In this document: positions 16,249-27,480 of the stretch, piece by piece
Layout of the letters: each line of letters opens with the position of its first letter
Position numbering within the stretch: the stretch's first letter is position 1
Source: Candidatus Omnitrophota bacterium
GTDB taxonomy: Bacteria; Omnitrophota; Gorgyraeia; Duberdicusellales; 4484-171
DNA length: 32,000 nt
Assembly (NCBI GenBank): GCA_021735045.1
Contig: JAIPHU010000003.1
Coordinates: 30,001 to 62,000, forward strand
Direction of reading: 5' to 3'
The notes under the pieces: model-generated
Seen by the model: the letters and a program-made list of their open reading frames with translations, nothing else
Database searches by the model: none
Told to the model about the DNA's origin: nothing
Made by a program: the position numbers and the translations under genes

Positions 16249-17195
16249 CTTTTTCTTGCTCCTGATACAAGATATAAAACAGCCATTCGAACCGCGATTC
16301 CGTTGGTAACTTGGTCTAAAATAACAGAGTTTGGCCCATCAGCAACTTCAGAAGATATCTCAATACCTCGATTGATCGGCCCCGGATGCATAACTATTAT
16401 ATTTTTATTTGTTTTTTCGATACGTTCTTGGGTAATGCCATAATTTTTAAAATAGTCTAGCTTTTGAGGAAACGCTGTATTTTCATCCCTTTCAAACTGC
16501 ATTCTTAATACATTTACTGCATCAGATTGAGATAAAGCTTTATCTATATTTGAAGTTACAGAAACACCCATTTTTTCAATTTCAGCTGGAATAAGCATGG
16601 CCGGGGCACAGACTATAACTTTTGCTCCTAATTTAGTTAAGCCCCAAATATTTGAACGGGCAACCCGAGAATGAGCAATATCTCCAACAATAGTCACAGT
16701 CAGCCCCTCAATTTTACCCCTTTTTTCAACTAAAGTAAAAAGATCAAGCAAGGCTTGAGTAGGGTGCTCATGCCAACCGTCTCCAGCATTAACCACACCT
16801 ATATTTAGATGCCGGGAAAGCATCGCTGCTGCACCAGCTGCATTATGCCTTACTACGATTATATCTGCTTTTAAGGCTTCAATATTTCTACCTGTGTCAT
16901 TAAGGGTCTCATTTTTCCGTACGCTTGAATATTCAGCTGCTATATTTATTACGTCTGCTGAAAGCCTTTTTGCCGCTACCTCAAAAGAGACTCTTGTTCT
17001 GGTAGAAGGTTCATAAAAAAGATTGACTATGGTTTTACCCCGTAAGGCCGGAACTTTTTTAATTTGGCGCGTAGTAACTTCTTTAAAAGATGCGGCCGTC
17101 TGGAGCAAGATCTCAATCTCTTCTTTTTTTAAATCCCCCAATCCCAGCAAATCTTTCTTGTACCAGTTTATAGCCTCTTTTCTTTTTTTGCTCAT
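16245..17195 (-). CDS. pyrB: Aspartate carbamoyltransferase catalytic subunit
   Basis: 316-aa ORF with STRTR, HPTQALLD and HPGP motifs. Confidence 0.95.
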   Translation of the reverse strand: MSKKRKEAINWYKKDLLGLGDLKKEEIEILLQTAASFKEVTTRQIKKVPALRGKTIVNLFYEPSTRTRVSFEVAAKRLSADVINIAAEYSSVRKNETLNDTGRNIEALKADIIVVRHNAAGAAAMLSRHLNIGVVNAGDGWHEHPTQALLDLFTLVEKRGKIEGLTVTIVGDIAHSRVARSNIWGLTKLGAKVIVCAPAMLIPAEIEKMGVSVTSNIDKALSQSDAVNVLRMQFERDENTAFPQKLDYFKNYGITQERIEKTNKNIIVMHPGPINRGIEISSEVADGPNSVILDQVTNGIAVRMAVLYLVSGARKR

Positions 17196-17740
17196 CTCTT
17201 TCCCCGTAAAACAGCTTTATCTTCAGAATCTATTTCTTTTAGCTTTACCTCAACAATCTGTTCTTTTGCTGTAGGAATATTCTTCCCTACAAAATCAGCC
17301 CTAAAAGGAAGCTCCCTGTGGCCTCTATCGATCAAGGTCAGAAGTTGAATTTTTTCCGGACGGCCAAAGTCCATAATTTGATCTAGAGCAGCCCGCACTG
17401 TTCTGCCGCTAAACAAAACATCATCAACTAAAATTATTATTTTTTCGTAAATATCAAAACCAATAACAGTTTTTTTAACCACAGGGTTTGGCCCAATAGT
17501 AGTTAAATCATCCCGGTAGAGAGTAATATCAAGTTCTCCTAACGGTAAGCTTGTTTTGCTTATATCCTCAACTATATTTTTTATTCTTTTGGCTAAAGGA
17601 ACTCCGCGAGTTTGAATTCCTACTAAAGCTATTTCGTTTGGGTTGGGATTTTTTTCTAAAATCTGGTGAGAAAGCCTAACCAGAGCTTTTTCTATATCTT
17701 GGCCAGTTAAAATTATCTTTTCTTTATTTTTATCTTCCAT
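17192..17740 (-). CDS. pyrR: Bifunctional pyr operon regulator / uracil phosphoribosyltransferase
   Basis: PRTase motif VLVDDVLFSGRTVRAALD, plus ELDITLYRDD. I place the start at the ATG at 17738-17740 (MEDKNKEK...) with an AAGGA SD. The track ORF instead begins at an upstream GTG (17761) that lies inside the regulatory hairpin. Confidence 0.9.
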   Translation of the reverse strand: MEDKNKEKIILTGQDIEKALVRLSHQILEKNPNPNEIALVGIQTRGVPLAKRIKNIVEDISKTSLPLGELDITLYRDDLTTIGPNPVVKKTVIGFDIYEKIIILVDDVLFSGRTVRAALDQIMDFGRPEKIQLLTLIDRGHRELPFRADFVGKNIPTAKEQIVEVKLKEIDSEDKAVLRGKR

Positions 17741-17744
17741 GGTA

Positions 17745-17776
17745 TTCCTTACTGGCCTCACTGGACCAACTTAAAG
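17745..17776 (-). promoter_or_regulatory. PyrR-binding RNA hairpin in the pyrR leader
   Basis: The minus strand reads CUUUAAGUUGGUCCAGUGAGGCCAGUAAGGAAU. It matches the conserved PyrR binding-loop core (UCCAGAGAGGCU then AAGG) with two substitutions. It ends at the SD, 7 nt before the ATG. Confidence 0.6.
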
Positions 17777-17785
17777 GCTAGCATA

Positions 17786-17814
17786 ATATTATTATATTTA
17801 CCTTTTTATGTCAA
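17786..17814 (-). promoter_or_regulatory. Candidate sigma70-type promoter of pyrR-pyrB-pyrC
   Basis: On the minus strand: TTGACA (17809-17814), a 17-nt spacer, then TAATAT (17786-17791). Motif match only. Confidence 0.4.
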
Positions 17815-17843
17815 GGACAAAAACCGATGCTTCCTAAGCCTTA

Positions 17844-18506
17844 TCAAGCTGGGGCCAATACTAAAGTAATTTCTCCTTTTGGCTTTTTTTTGCTAAAATG
17901 CTCTACCGCTTCTTTCAAGTTAGATTCAAAAACTTCTTCAAACTTTTTAGTTAATTCACGGCATACCGTTATTTTTCTATCTCCTAAAACTTCTTCTAAC
18001 TCTCCTAGGGTACGAATAATACGGTAAGGAGACTCAAAAAAAACACAGGCTGTCGGCCAGTTTAAGATACGGGAAAAAAACCTTAGGCGGGCAGTTTTTT
18101 TGCGCGGCAAATAACCAAAAAAAGTAAACTCATTTGAACTTATACTGCTACTAGAAATTGCTGTAATTATACTAGAGGGGCCCGGTAAAGAAGTAACTTC
18201 AATATTCTTTTCTCTAGCTTCCCTTATTAGTTTAAACCCTGGGTCAGATATAGTAGGAGTGCCTGCACTTGATACCAAGGCGATATTTTTTCCTCTTTCT
18301 AGCTCATTTATAATTTGAGATTTTTTTCTATTTTCATTATGTTCATAAAAACTTATTAGCTTATTTTTTATATTAAAATGGTTTAACAAAGCCCCTGTTT
18401 TACGAGTATCTTCAGCTAATATACAATTAACCTCCTCTAAAACGCGCAAGGCTCTTAAGGTTATATCTTCCCGATTTCCTATTGGAGTTGCGATTATATA
18501 AAGCAT
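17844..18506 (-). CDS. rsmI: 16S rRNA (cytidine1402-2'-O)-methyltransferase
   Basis: 220-aa ORF starting MLYIIATPIGNREDITLRALRVL, with AEDTR and the tetrapyrrole-methylase-like fold typical of RsmI. Confidence 0.85.
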   Translation of the reverse strand: MLYIIATPIGNREDITLRALRVLEEVNCILAEDTRKTGALLNHFNIKNKLISFYEHNENRKKSQIINELERGKNIALVSSAGTPTISDPGFKLIREAREKNIEVTSLPGPSSIITAISSSSISSNEFTFFGYLPRKKTARLRFFSRILNWPTACVFFESPYRIIRTLGELEEVLGDRKITVCRELTKKFEEVFESNLKEAVEHFSKKKPKGEITLVLAPA

Positions 18507-18532
18507 GGTGTTTTCAATAGGGGTAGACCCCC

Positions 18533-20362
18533 TTACTCAACCGTGACCGACTTAGCCAGATTACGCGGCTGGTCTATCTCTGCCCCTAAGTTTCTTGCTA
18601 CCGAATAAGCAAGTAGTTGTAGGGCTACAGCCACAAGTAAAGGTGAGAGTTCTTGATAGTTTAATCTGGGAATATAAATAGCTTGGTCTGCAAAAGGAAG
18701 AATTTCTTTGTCGGCTGGATTAATTATTGCCAGAATCTTTCCTTTTCGAGCTTTTATCTCCTGCAAATTAGAAGCCATCTTCTCATAAAGATGATCCTTA
18801 GGGGCAATGCAGACTACGGCTCGATACTCATCAATTAAGGCAATCGGGCCATGTTTCATCTCCCCGGCCGGATAACCTTCTGCTGGGATATAAGATATCT
18901 CTTTTAATTTAAGAGCTCCTTCTAGGGCTGAAGGAAAATTTATCCCTCTTCCTAGAAAAAGAAAGCAACCCATCTTTGAAAATTTTTTGGCAATAGCCGC
19001 TATTTTTTTGTTTTGTTTTAAGATTTTTCTCTGATAAAAAGGTATCTTAGATAACTCTTTTAATATCTTTTTTCTTTCTTCTTTAGGTACAGTATTTTTT
19101 ATGGTAGCTAGATGCAAGCAAAACAGATAGAGACAAATCAACTGAGTTGTATAAGCTTTAGTCGATGCAACGCCGATTTCTGGACCAGCCGGTGTATAGA
19201 TAAAGCTATCGCTTTCTCTAACCAAGCTTGAACCAATAACATTACAAATTGATAGTACTTTTGCTTTCTGCTGTTTTGCTTTTTTTAAAGCAGCTAAAGT
19301 ATCTGCTGTTTCTCCTGATTGAGAGATAGCAATAAATAAATCTCCTTTGCTCACGTTAAAATCTCGATAACGAAACTCAGAAGATGTGTCGACCTCAACT
19401 TTAATTTTGGTGTGTCGTTCTAGAAAATATTTAGCTACATAAGCAGCATGAAAGGCCGTACCGCAAGCGGTAATAAAAATATTTTTTATTCCTTTTAAGT
19501 ATTTTTTGGTCAGTTTTAGCTGGTCAAAGTTAATTTTACTATCTTTTAGATATATATCTAAACTATCTTGCAAGACTTTGGGTTGCTCATAAATTTCTTT
19601 GAGCATAAAGTGCTTAAAGCCTTTTTTCTTAGCCTCCTCAGTTTTTATTTCTATTTTTTCTTTTTTTACCCTTAGCTTTTTACCCTCAAAGCTATAAAGT
19701 TTTATTTTATTTTCTTCTAACACAGCTATTTGTTTTTCTTTTAAATAGATAACTTCTTTAGCTAAAGGAATTACAGCCGGTAAGTCTGAGGCTAAAAAAA
19801 ACCCTTTATCCGCAACCCCAATTAAAAGCGGGCTTCTGTGACGAACCGCTACAATCTTATCTGGTTCAGATTCTGACAAAACACCTAAAGCAAAAGCCCC
19901 TTTAAGTTTTTTAACTGCAGAAGCTACAGCTTTTTCAATAGAGTTTTTATAAAAACTTGCGATTAAGTTTGCCACCACTTCTGAATCTGTATCGGTTTTA
20001 AACTTATAGCCTTTCTTCTTTAATTTCTTTTTTAGGTCAAGATGGTTTTCTATAATTCCATTATGAACAACATATATATTTTTCTTAAAACTTTTATGCG
20101 GATGAGCGTTCAACTTTACCGGCTTGCCGTGTGTAGCCCAGCGAGTATGGAGTAAGGCAGATGAGTATTTGTCATTTAGTTTAGCTCCTAAATCTTTTTT
20201 AAGTTTTTGGATTTTCCCAGAATTTTTTTGACAGAGAAATTTCTCCAGATTATAAGAGACTACCCCACAAGAGTCATACCCGCGATACTCTAACCTTTTC
20301 AGCCCCTCTATAAGACAAGAAAGCTTAACCTCTTTTCCTTTATATCCAAAAATACCGCACAT
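18533..20362 (-). CDS. glmS: Glutamine--fructose-6-phosphate aminotransferase
   Basis: 609-aa ORF with the N-terminal MCGIFGY nucleophile, two SIS domains, and a C-terminal ...LAKSVTVE. Confidence 0.96.
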   Translation of the reverse strand: MCGIFGYKGKEVKLSCLIEGLKRLEYRGYDSCGVVSYNLEKFLCQKNSGKIQKLKKDLGAKLNDKYSSALLHTRWATHGKPVKLNAHPHKSFKKNIYVVHNGIIENHLDLKKKLKKKGYKFKTDTDSEVVANLIASFYKNSIEKAVASAVKKLKGAFALGVLSESEPDKIVAVRHRSPLLIGVADKGFFLASDLPAVIPLAKEVIYLKEKQIAVLEENKIKLYSFEGKKLRVKKEKIEIKTEEAKKKGFKHFMLKEIYEQPKVLQDSLDIYLKDSKINFDQLKLTKKYLKGIKNIFITACGTAFHAAYVAKYFLERHTKIKVEVDTSSEFRYRDFNVSKGDLFIAISQSGETADTLAALKKAKQQKAKVLSICNVIGSSLVRESDSFIYTPAGPEIGVASTKAYTTQLICLYLFCLHLATIKNTVPKEERKKILKELSKIPFYQRKILKQNKKIAAIAKKFSKMGCFLFLGRGINFPSALEGALKLKEISYIPAEGYPAGEMKHGPIALIDEYRAVVCIAPKDHLYEKMASNLQEIKARKGKILAIINPADKEILPFADQAIYIPRLNYQELSPLLVAVALQLLAYSVARNLGAEIDQPRNLAKSVTVE

Positions 20363-20814
20363 TATATTTTTTGATTATTAACTTTTTTTCTTAAAAAGAA
20401 ATCTTTTATATTCTTGTTAGTAAAATACAAAATAACTATAGAAAAAAATAAAAATTGGGGGAAAGCAAAAATTATAGAAGCTGGCTGAATTACAGCTGCT
20501 AAGATAAAAAGAATAACAACAAAAACAGAGAACCAAACCATAACTTTTCTAGCTAGCTCTTTGCGATAAAGGATACCTATACCTGAAGATAAAAGAAACG
20601 CTGAAATAATTAAAGATATTTGATTAGCTATTTTTATTTGATCTTTTTTTATTTGGGAGCTAATTTCATTTTGCCCAATTCTTTTTAAAGAATCTCTATA
20701 GCTATTATGATCTAAAGTAAAATAGTTAACTAGAGAAAGCAGTCCAAAGATAACAATTAATACACCTAAGATCAAGACTCCTTTAGGATTTTTTAGTTGT
20801 TCTTTGTTTTGCAT
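20362..20814 (-). CDS. Hypothetical membrane protein (about 4 TM segments)
   Basis: 150-aa ORF with hydrophobic segments. Its stop overlaps the glmS start. No recognisable SD precedes the ATG (the upstream sequence is CTCCTTCCC). Confidence 0.5.
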   Translation of the reverse strand: MQNKEQLKNPKGVLILGVLIVIFGLLSLVNYFTLDHNSYRDSLKRIGQNEISSQIKKDQIKIANQISLIISAFLLSSGIGILYRKELARKVMVWFSVFVVILFILAAVIQPASIIFAFPQFLFFSIVILYFTNKNIKDFFLRKKVNNQKI

Positions 20815-20845
20815 GGGAAGGAGTAAAGTTGTTTAAGAAAATAAT

Positions 20846-20912
20846 AGCACATCCAAATTATGCAAACTTCGGCGTAAGCCGAAGCTAGGCCGAAGGCCTT
20901 TTTTGCATCCAG
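20846..20912. repeat. GC-rich nested-hairpin element, terminator-like on both strands
   Basis: The closing stem ATGCAAA (20860-20866) / TTTGCAT (20902-20908) encloses CTTCGGC-GTAA-GCCGAAG (20867-20884) and GGCC-GAA-GGCC (20888-20898), followed by T6. A GCATCCA motif lies at its edge. Confidence 0.7.
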
Positions 20913-21063
20913 CAACACTTTAATGCTAACTCTTGCTTTTACTATTACCTACTAGTTTTTAAAAAAACCTATAGTCTATCATAAGTAAAAGCTGAAGACG
21001 TTGGCTGAAGAATTATCTCCGTTTTTGATTTACAAATAACATTTTTAATACAAATAAAAACAA

Positions 21064-21138
21064 CGTCCCCAGCCGGATTTGAACCGGCGCCGCAGGCTCG
21101 AAAGGCCCGTGTCCTAGACCAGGCTAGACGATGGGGAC
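21064..21138 (-). tRNA. tRNA-Glu (anticodon UUC)
   Basis: Hand-folded 75-nt cloverleaf: GTCCCCA TC GTCT AGCCTGGTCTA GGAC A CGGGC CTTTCGA GCCTG CGGC GCCGG TTCAAAT CCGGC TGGGGAC G. Confidence 0.9.
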
Positions 21139-21196
21139 GATTTCATAATTTTAAGTTTTATTTCTAAAATGTCAATGAATTTTCCTAATTTTATAG

Positions 21197-23638
21197 CTAA
21201 CTACCCGGTACAACGTGAGCAATAGCAGCCAACTTATCTTGTTTGCCCAAGTTTATGACTTTAACTCCCTGGGTTGATCGCCCAGAAATACGAATATCGC
21301 CTACTTTGGTTCTAATCAGTATCCCTTTTTGCGTAATATACATTACTTGATCTTCAGCTTTAACCAAAAGTATTCCTTTTACTTCTCCCAATTTAGAAGA
21401 AAGTTTTATATTAATTATCCCCTTCCCGCCTCTTGATTGACTTCTATACTCTTTAATCTTAGTTCTTTTAGCAAACCCTTTTTCAGTTGCGGTTAAAAGG
21501 AATAAATCCTCGGTCTTAAGGCTGGGTTCTATAATTCCCATGCCCAAAACTATATCTGATTTAGTTAGTTTGATTCCGCGGACTCCTTGTGACTGTCGGC
21601 CGGTAGCTCTAGCTTGCTTAACCGCAAAACGAATCGATAATCCTTTTTTAGTCGCAAGCACCAAATCATCTTTTTCTGTAGAGAGCTGAACCCCAATAAG
21701 CCTGTCTCCTTTTTTTAGGCTTATAGCAATAATCCCGGTTTTACGTGCGTTGGCAAATAATTCTAGAGAACATCTTTTAACCATACCTTTTTGGGTAGCC
21801 ATAAGCAGAAAAGAGTTGGAATCAAATTCTTTTACCGAAAGAACGGCGGTAATTTGAACTTCGTTCTTTAGATTCAAAACATTAACAATGGCTCTTCCTT
21901 TTGAGGTACGAGAGCCTTGGGGAACTTCATAAGTTTTAAGCGGATAAGCTTTCCCTTCGTTAGTAAAAATTAAAAGAGTATCTTTGCTTGAAGCAACAAA
22001 AAGATGCTGAACAAAGTCTGTATCTGAGGTCGCCATGGCAGTTACCCCCCTGCCGCCTCTTTTCTGGTGCCGGTAGGTAGTAATTGGCATCCTTTTTATA
22101 TACCCTAACCTACTTATCGCCACCACCATATCTTCTTCAACAATTAAATCTTCTACTTCTATTTCTTCATTTTCTGCAACAATATCAGTTCTTCGCTTGT
22201 CAGAAAATTTATCTTTAATCTCTTTTAGTTCTTCTTTTATTAACTCTTCTTGTTTCTTGCCAGAAGAAAGGATATTATTCAAATATTGGATTCTTTTCAG
22301 GAGCTCCTTGTACTCTTGATCTATCTTTTTTCTTTCCAGAGCACAAAGCCTTTGTAACTGCATTTGTAAAATCGCCTGAGCTTGAACTTGAGATAACTTA
22401 AATTCTTTAATTAAAGTTTTTTCTGCATCTTTAGGGTCTTTAGCCTGTTTTATTATTTTTATTATTCTATCTAAATTTTTTAATGCTATTTTTAACCCTT
22501 CGAGAATATGAGCTCTTTTTTCGGCTTTACTAAGTTGAAATTTGGTCCGCCGAATAATAACTTCTCTTCTAAAATTTATATGATGTGATAGTATATCTTT
22601 TAAACCAAGCCTTTGAGGGGTCCTGTTAACCAAAGCCAAAAATATGGCTCCAAAGGTTGTCTTCATACTAGTATGCTTATACAATTGGTTTAAAATTATT
22701 TCTGCTTGGGCGCCTCTTTTTAGTTCAATAACTATTCTTATCCCGTCTCGATCTGATTCATCGCGAAGATCAGAAACTCCTTCTATTTTTCCTTTATTTA
22801 CAATATTAGCTATTTGTTCTAAAAGAGTGGTTTTATTCAACTGATAGGGAATTTCGGTAACTACGATGTAATTTTTATTTTTTTCTTTTTCAATAGTAGC
22901 TCTAGCTTTGATCGTAAGCTTACCCCTTCCTGTTTTATACATATCTAATATATCTGTTTTGCCACAAATAATTCCACCGGTAGGAAAATCTGGCCCTTTT
23001 ATATATTTATGAAGTTTTTTAACCGTCGCTTTTGGGTTATCAATTAGATAAGCAAGTGCATCACAAACTTCCCCTAAGTTATGGGGTGGAATATTAGTAG
23101 ACATCCCCACTGCAATTCCACTTGCTCCATTACACAAAAGATTAGGTAAAACTGAAGGTAGCACTTCCGGTTCTGTAAGAGAATTGTCAAAATTAGGAAA
23201 GAAGTTTACCGTGTCTTTGTCTATATCTTGGAGCATATAATCTGATATTTTTGCCATCCGGCATTCCGAGTAACGCATCGCTGCTGCTGGGTCGCCATCG
23301 ATTGAACCAAAATTTCCTTGCCCGTCAACTACCGGATAACGCAAGGAAAAATCCTGAGCCATCCTAACTAAAGCATCATAAACTGCTGAATCTCCATGGG
23401 GATGGTACTTTCCTAAAACTTCTCCGACAACTCTGGCACTTTTTTTATAAGATTGATTGTAGCGAAGATGGATGCCTTCCATCGCATAAAGGATCCTCCT
23501 TTGGACTGGTTTCAACCCATCTCTAATATCTGGCAAAGCCCTTCCTACAATAACACTCATCGCATAAGACAGATAAGATTCCTTCATTTCTTCTTCGAGG
23601 AATCTGTTAATGATGTTTTCTTTAAAATTTTGTTTCAT
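21197..23638 (-). CDS. gyrA: DNA gyrase subunit A
   Basis: 813-aa ORF with [12 protein letters not shown], the active-site region [24 protein letters not shown], and a C-terminal beta-pinwheel repeat region. Confidence 0.97.
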   Translation of the reverse strand: MKQNFKENIINRFLEEEMKESYLSYAMSVIVGRALPDIRDGLKPVQRRILYAMEGIHLRYNQSYKKSARVVGEVLGKYHPHGDSAVYDALVRMAQDFSLRYPVVDGQGNFGSIDGDPAAAMRYSECRMAKISDYMLQDIDKDTVNFFPNFDNSLTEPEVLPSVLPNLLCNGASGIAVGMSTNIPPHNLGEVCDALAYLIDNPKATVKKLHKYIKGPDFPTGGIICGKTDILDMYKTGRGKLTIKARATIEKEKNKNYIVVTEIPYQLNKTTLLEQIANIVNKGKIEGVSDLRDESDRDGIRIVIELKRGAQAEIILNQLYKHTSMKTTFGAIFLALVNRTPQRLGLKDILSHHINFRREVIIRRTKFQLSKAEKRAHILEGLKIALKNLDRIIKIIKQAKDPKDAEKTLIKEFKLSQVQAQAILQMQLQRLCALERKKIDQEYKELLKRIQYLNNILSSGKKQEELIKEELKEIKDKFSDKRRTDIVAENEEIEVEDLIVEEDMVVAISRLGYIKRMPITTYRHQKRGGRGVTAMATSDTDFVQHLFVASSKDTLLIFTNEGKAYPLKTYEVPQGSRTSKGRAIVNVLNLKNEVQITAVLSVKEFDSNSFLLMATQKGMVKRCSLELFANARKTGIIAISLKKGDRLIGVQLSTEKDDLVLATKKGLSIRFAVKQARATGRQSQGVRGIKLTKSDIVLGMGIIEPSLKTEDLFLLTATEKGFAKRTKIKEYRSQSRGGKGIINIKLSSKLGEVKGILLVKAEDQVMYITQKGILIRTKVGDIRISGRSTQGVKVINLGKQDKLAAIAHVVPGS

Positions 23639-23653
23639 TTTTAAATCGCTTTT

Positions 23654-26008
<2,355 letters not shown>

Positions 26009-26284
26009 TTATTCAACCTCTATATCTACCCCTTTAATGGCGGGGAAGTTTTGTTTTATTTTTTTTTCTATTTTTCCCTTTTGTAGCCTAAGCTCATAAA
26101 CAGCGCTGGATGACCGGAGAAAAAACACTATTTTTTTGTTTGGTTTGGGCTCTATCCGCAAATGTTTTACTGTTTCGGCTTTTAAGGTTTCTTTTAATAT
26201 TTTTTTTATTTTTTCGTGTTCTTTTTGTTTCTGTTTGTTTTTTTGTAAATACTTATCAATTATTGTTTTAATGTGTTCTGCCAT
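26009..26284 (-). CDS. DUF721-like small protein
   Basis: 91-aa basic ORF in the slot between dnaN and gyrB. Its C-terminal half (VFFLRSSSAVYELRLQKGKIEKKI) resembles DUF721. The assignment rests mostly on position. Confidence 0.55.
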   Translation of the reverse strand: MAEHIKTIIDKYLQKNKQKQKEHEKIKKILKETLKAETVKHLRIEPKPNKKIVFFLRSSSAVYELRLQKGKIEKKIKQNFPAIKGVDIEVE

Positions 26285-26286
26285 TA

Positions 26287-27384
26287 TTAAGTTTTCATGG
26301 GTAGAAGAAGATAAATATGGTTTTCTCTTTTTACTACCGCTGGTTTTTCTGTGCCGAAGAAATCGATTGTAACTTCTGGCTCGTTTATTTGTTTTAAGAT
26401 ATCTATAAAATAGTTCGGGTTAAACTCTATTTCCATTGTTTGCCCTTGATAATTTACCTCTATCTCTTCTTTTGCTTCTCCTAGTTGCGGTGTTGTTTTA
26501 TAAACCATCATCTTGTTTTTTTTCAGGTTTAGTTTAACCCCTTGATACTCTGTTGTTGTTAACAAACCGATTCTTTTTAAAGAAGCCATAAAAGCTTCTC
26601 TGTTTATAGTTAACTGATCCCCTGTTTTTTTTGGTAGATACTGTGAGTAGTTAGGGAAATCCCCTTCTATAGGCCTGGCTATAATTTTGGTTTCTTGAAG
26701 ATCAAACTCTATGTTTTTTTCTGAAAAAGACAGATAAAGAGGTTCTTGCCTTTCTTTGGTTATTCTGGCAACTTCTCCCACCGCTTTACTGGGAAGAATA
26801 AAAGATATTTTCTCTTCGACCCCTGCTTGGTTTTTAGAGAAATCTCTGGTTACAAAAGAGAGTCTCTTCCCGTCGGTGGCCACAAGTTTTATTTTGTTTT
26901 TTTCTAGTTCAAACAAAACCCCGCTTAAAATATAATTTACATCTTCATAGCCAACACAAAAAGAAGTTAGCCGGATCATTTCCTCTAAAACTTCTGGTAA
27001 TATTTTTATAGTTACAGCTTCTTTTTTTTCTTGGATTTTGGGAAACTCTTCTTCTTTTAAGGTGTTTATTTTAAACTCAACTTTTCCACACTTTATTAAG
27101 AGGATATTCTTAAGTTTTTCTAAGGTTACATCCCCTTCTGGAAGCTCTCTGGCGATAGAGATAAACCTTCGCATAGGAACCAGCGCTTTACCCGGGCTTT
27201 TTACTTTGTTTTTTATATATGTAGTTATAGTGATATCAAGGTCTGTTGTTACAAACTTAATAATATCTTTCTTTGCTTCAATCAAAACACTTCCCAAAGC
27301 AAGAAAATCTTGTTTGGTTGTAGTGGGTCCGGTAACACTTTTTAGTTTCTCTACTAATTCTCTTCTATTAATAGTAATATTCAT
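26287..27384 (-). CDS. dnaN: DNA polymerase III beta sliding clamp
   Basis: 365-aa ORF with three-domain clamp length and layout. It lies directly downstream of dnaA and ends ...YLLLPMK. Confidence 0.92.
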   Translation of the reverse strand: MNITINRRELVEKLKSVTGPTTTKQDFLALGSVLIEAKKDIIKFVTTDLDITITTYIKNKVKSPGKALVPMRRFISIARELPEGDVTLEKLKNILLIKCGKVEFKINTLKEEEFPKIQEKKEAVTIKILPEVLEEMIRLTSFCVGYEDVNYILSGVLFELEKNKIKLVATDGKRLSFVTRDFSKNQAGVEEKISFILPSKAVGEVARITKERQEPLYLSFSEKNIEFDLQETKIIARPIEGDFPNYSQYLPKKTGDQLTINREAFMASLKRIGLLTTTEYQGVKLNLKKNKMMVYKTTPQLGEAKEEIEVNYQGQTMEIEFNPNYFIDILKQINEPEVTIDFFGTEKPAVVKRENHIYLLLPMKT

Positions 27385-27480
27385 AGTCTTAGTATAAGTA
27401 GTTGTTGTTAAAATTGTTAACTTTTGAAATATTATAACAATTATTTAAGAAAAAGAAACAATTCAATAAAAAAAACATTA

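Noticed and set aside
17741-17761. GTG-initiated N-terminal extension of pyrR (MRPVRNT...)
   Set aside because: The extension is encoded by the PyrR-binding hairpin itself. The internal ATG at 17740 has an AAGGA SD and gives an N-terminus that aligns with known PyrR proteins.
20362-20860. glmS ribozyme upstream of glmS
   Set aside because: The glmS start overlaps the stop of the upstream membrane-protein gene, so there is no leader. The hairpin element further upstream has none of the glmS ribozyme core sequence.
27385-27480. dnaA-dnaN spacer as a DnaA-box-bearing oriC
   Set aside because: It is AT-rich and could serve as an unwinding element, but no TTATCCACA-like box within one mismatch is present. 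It is mentioned only under the origin finding.
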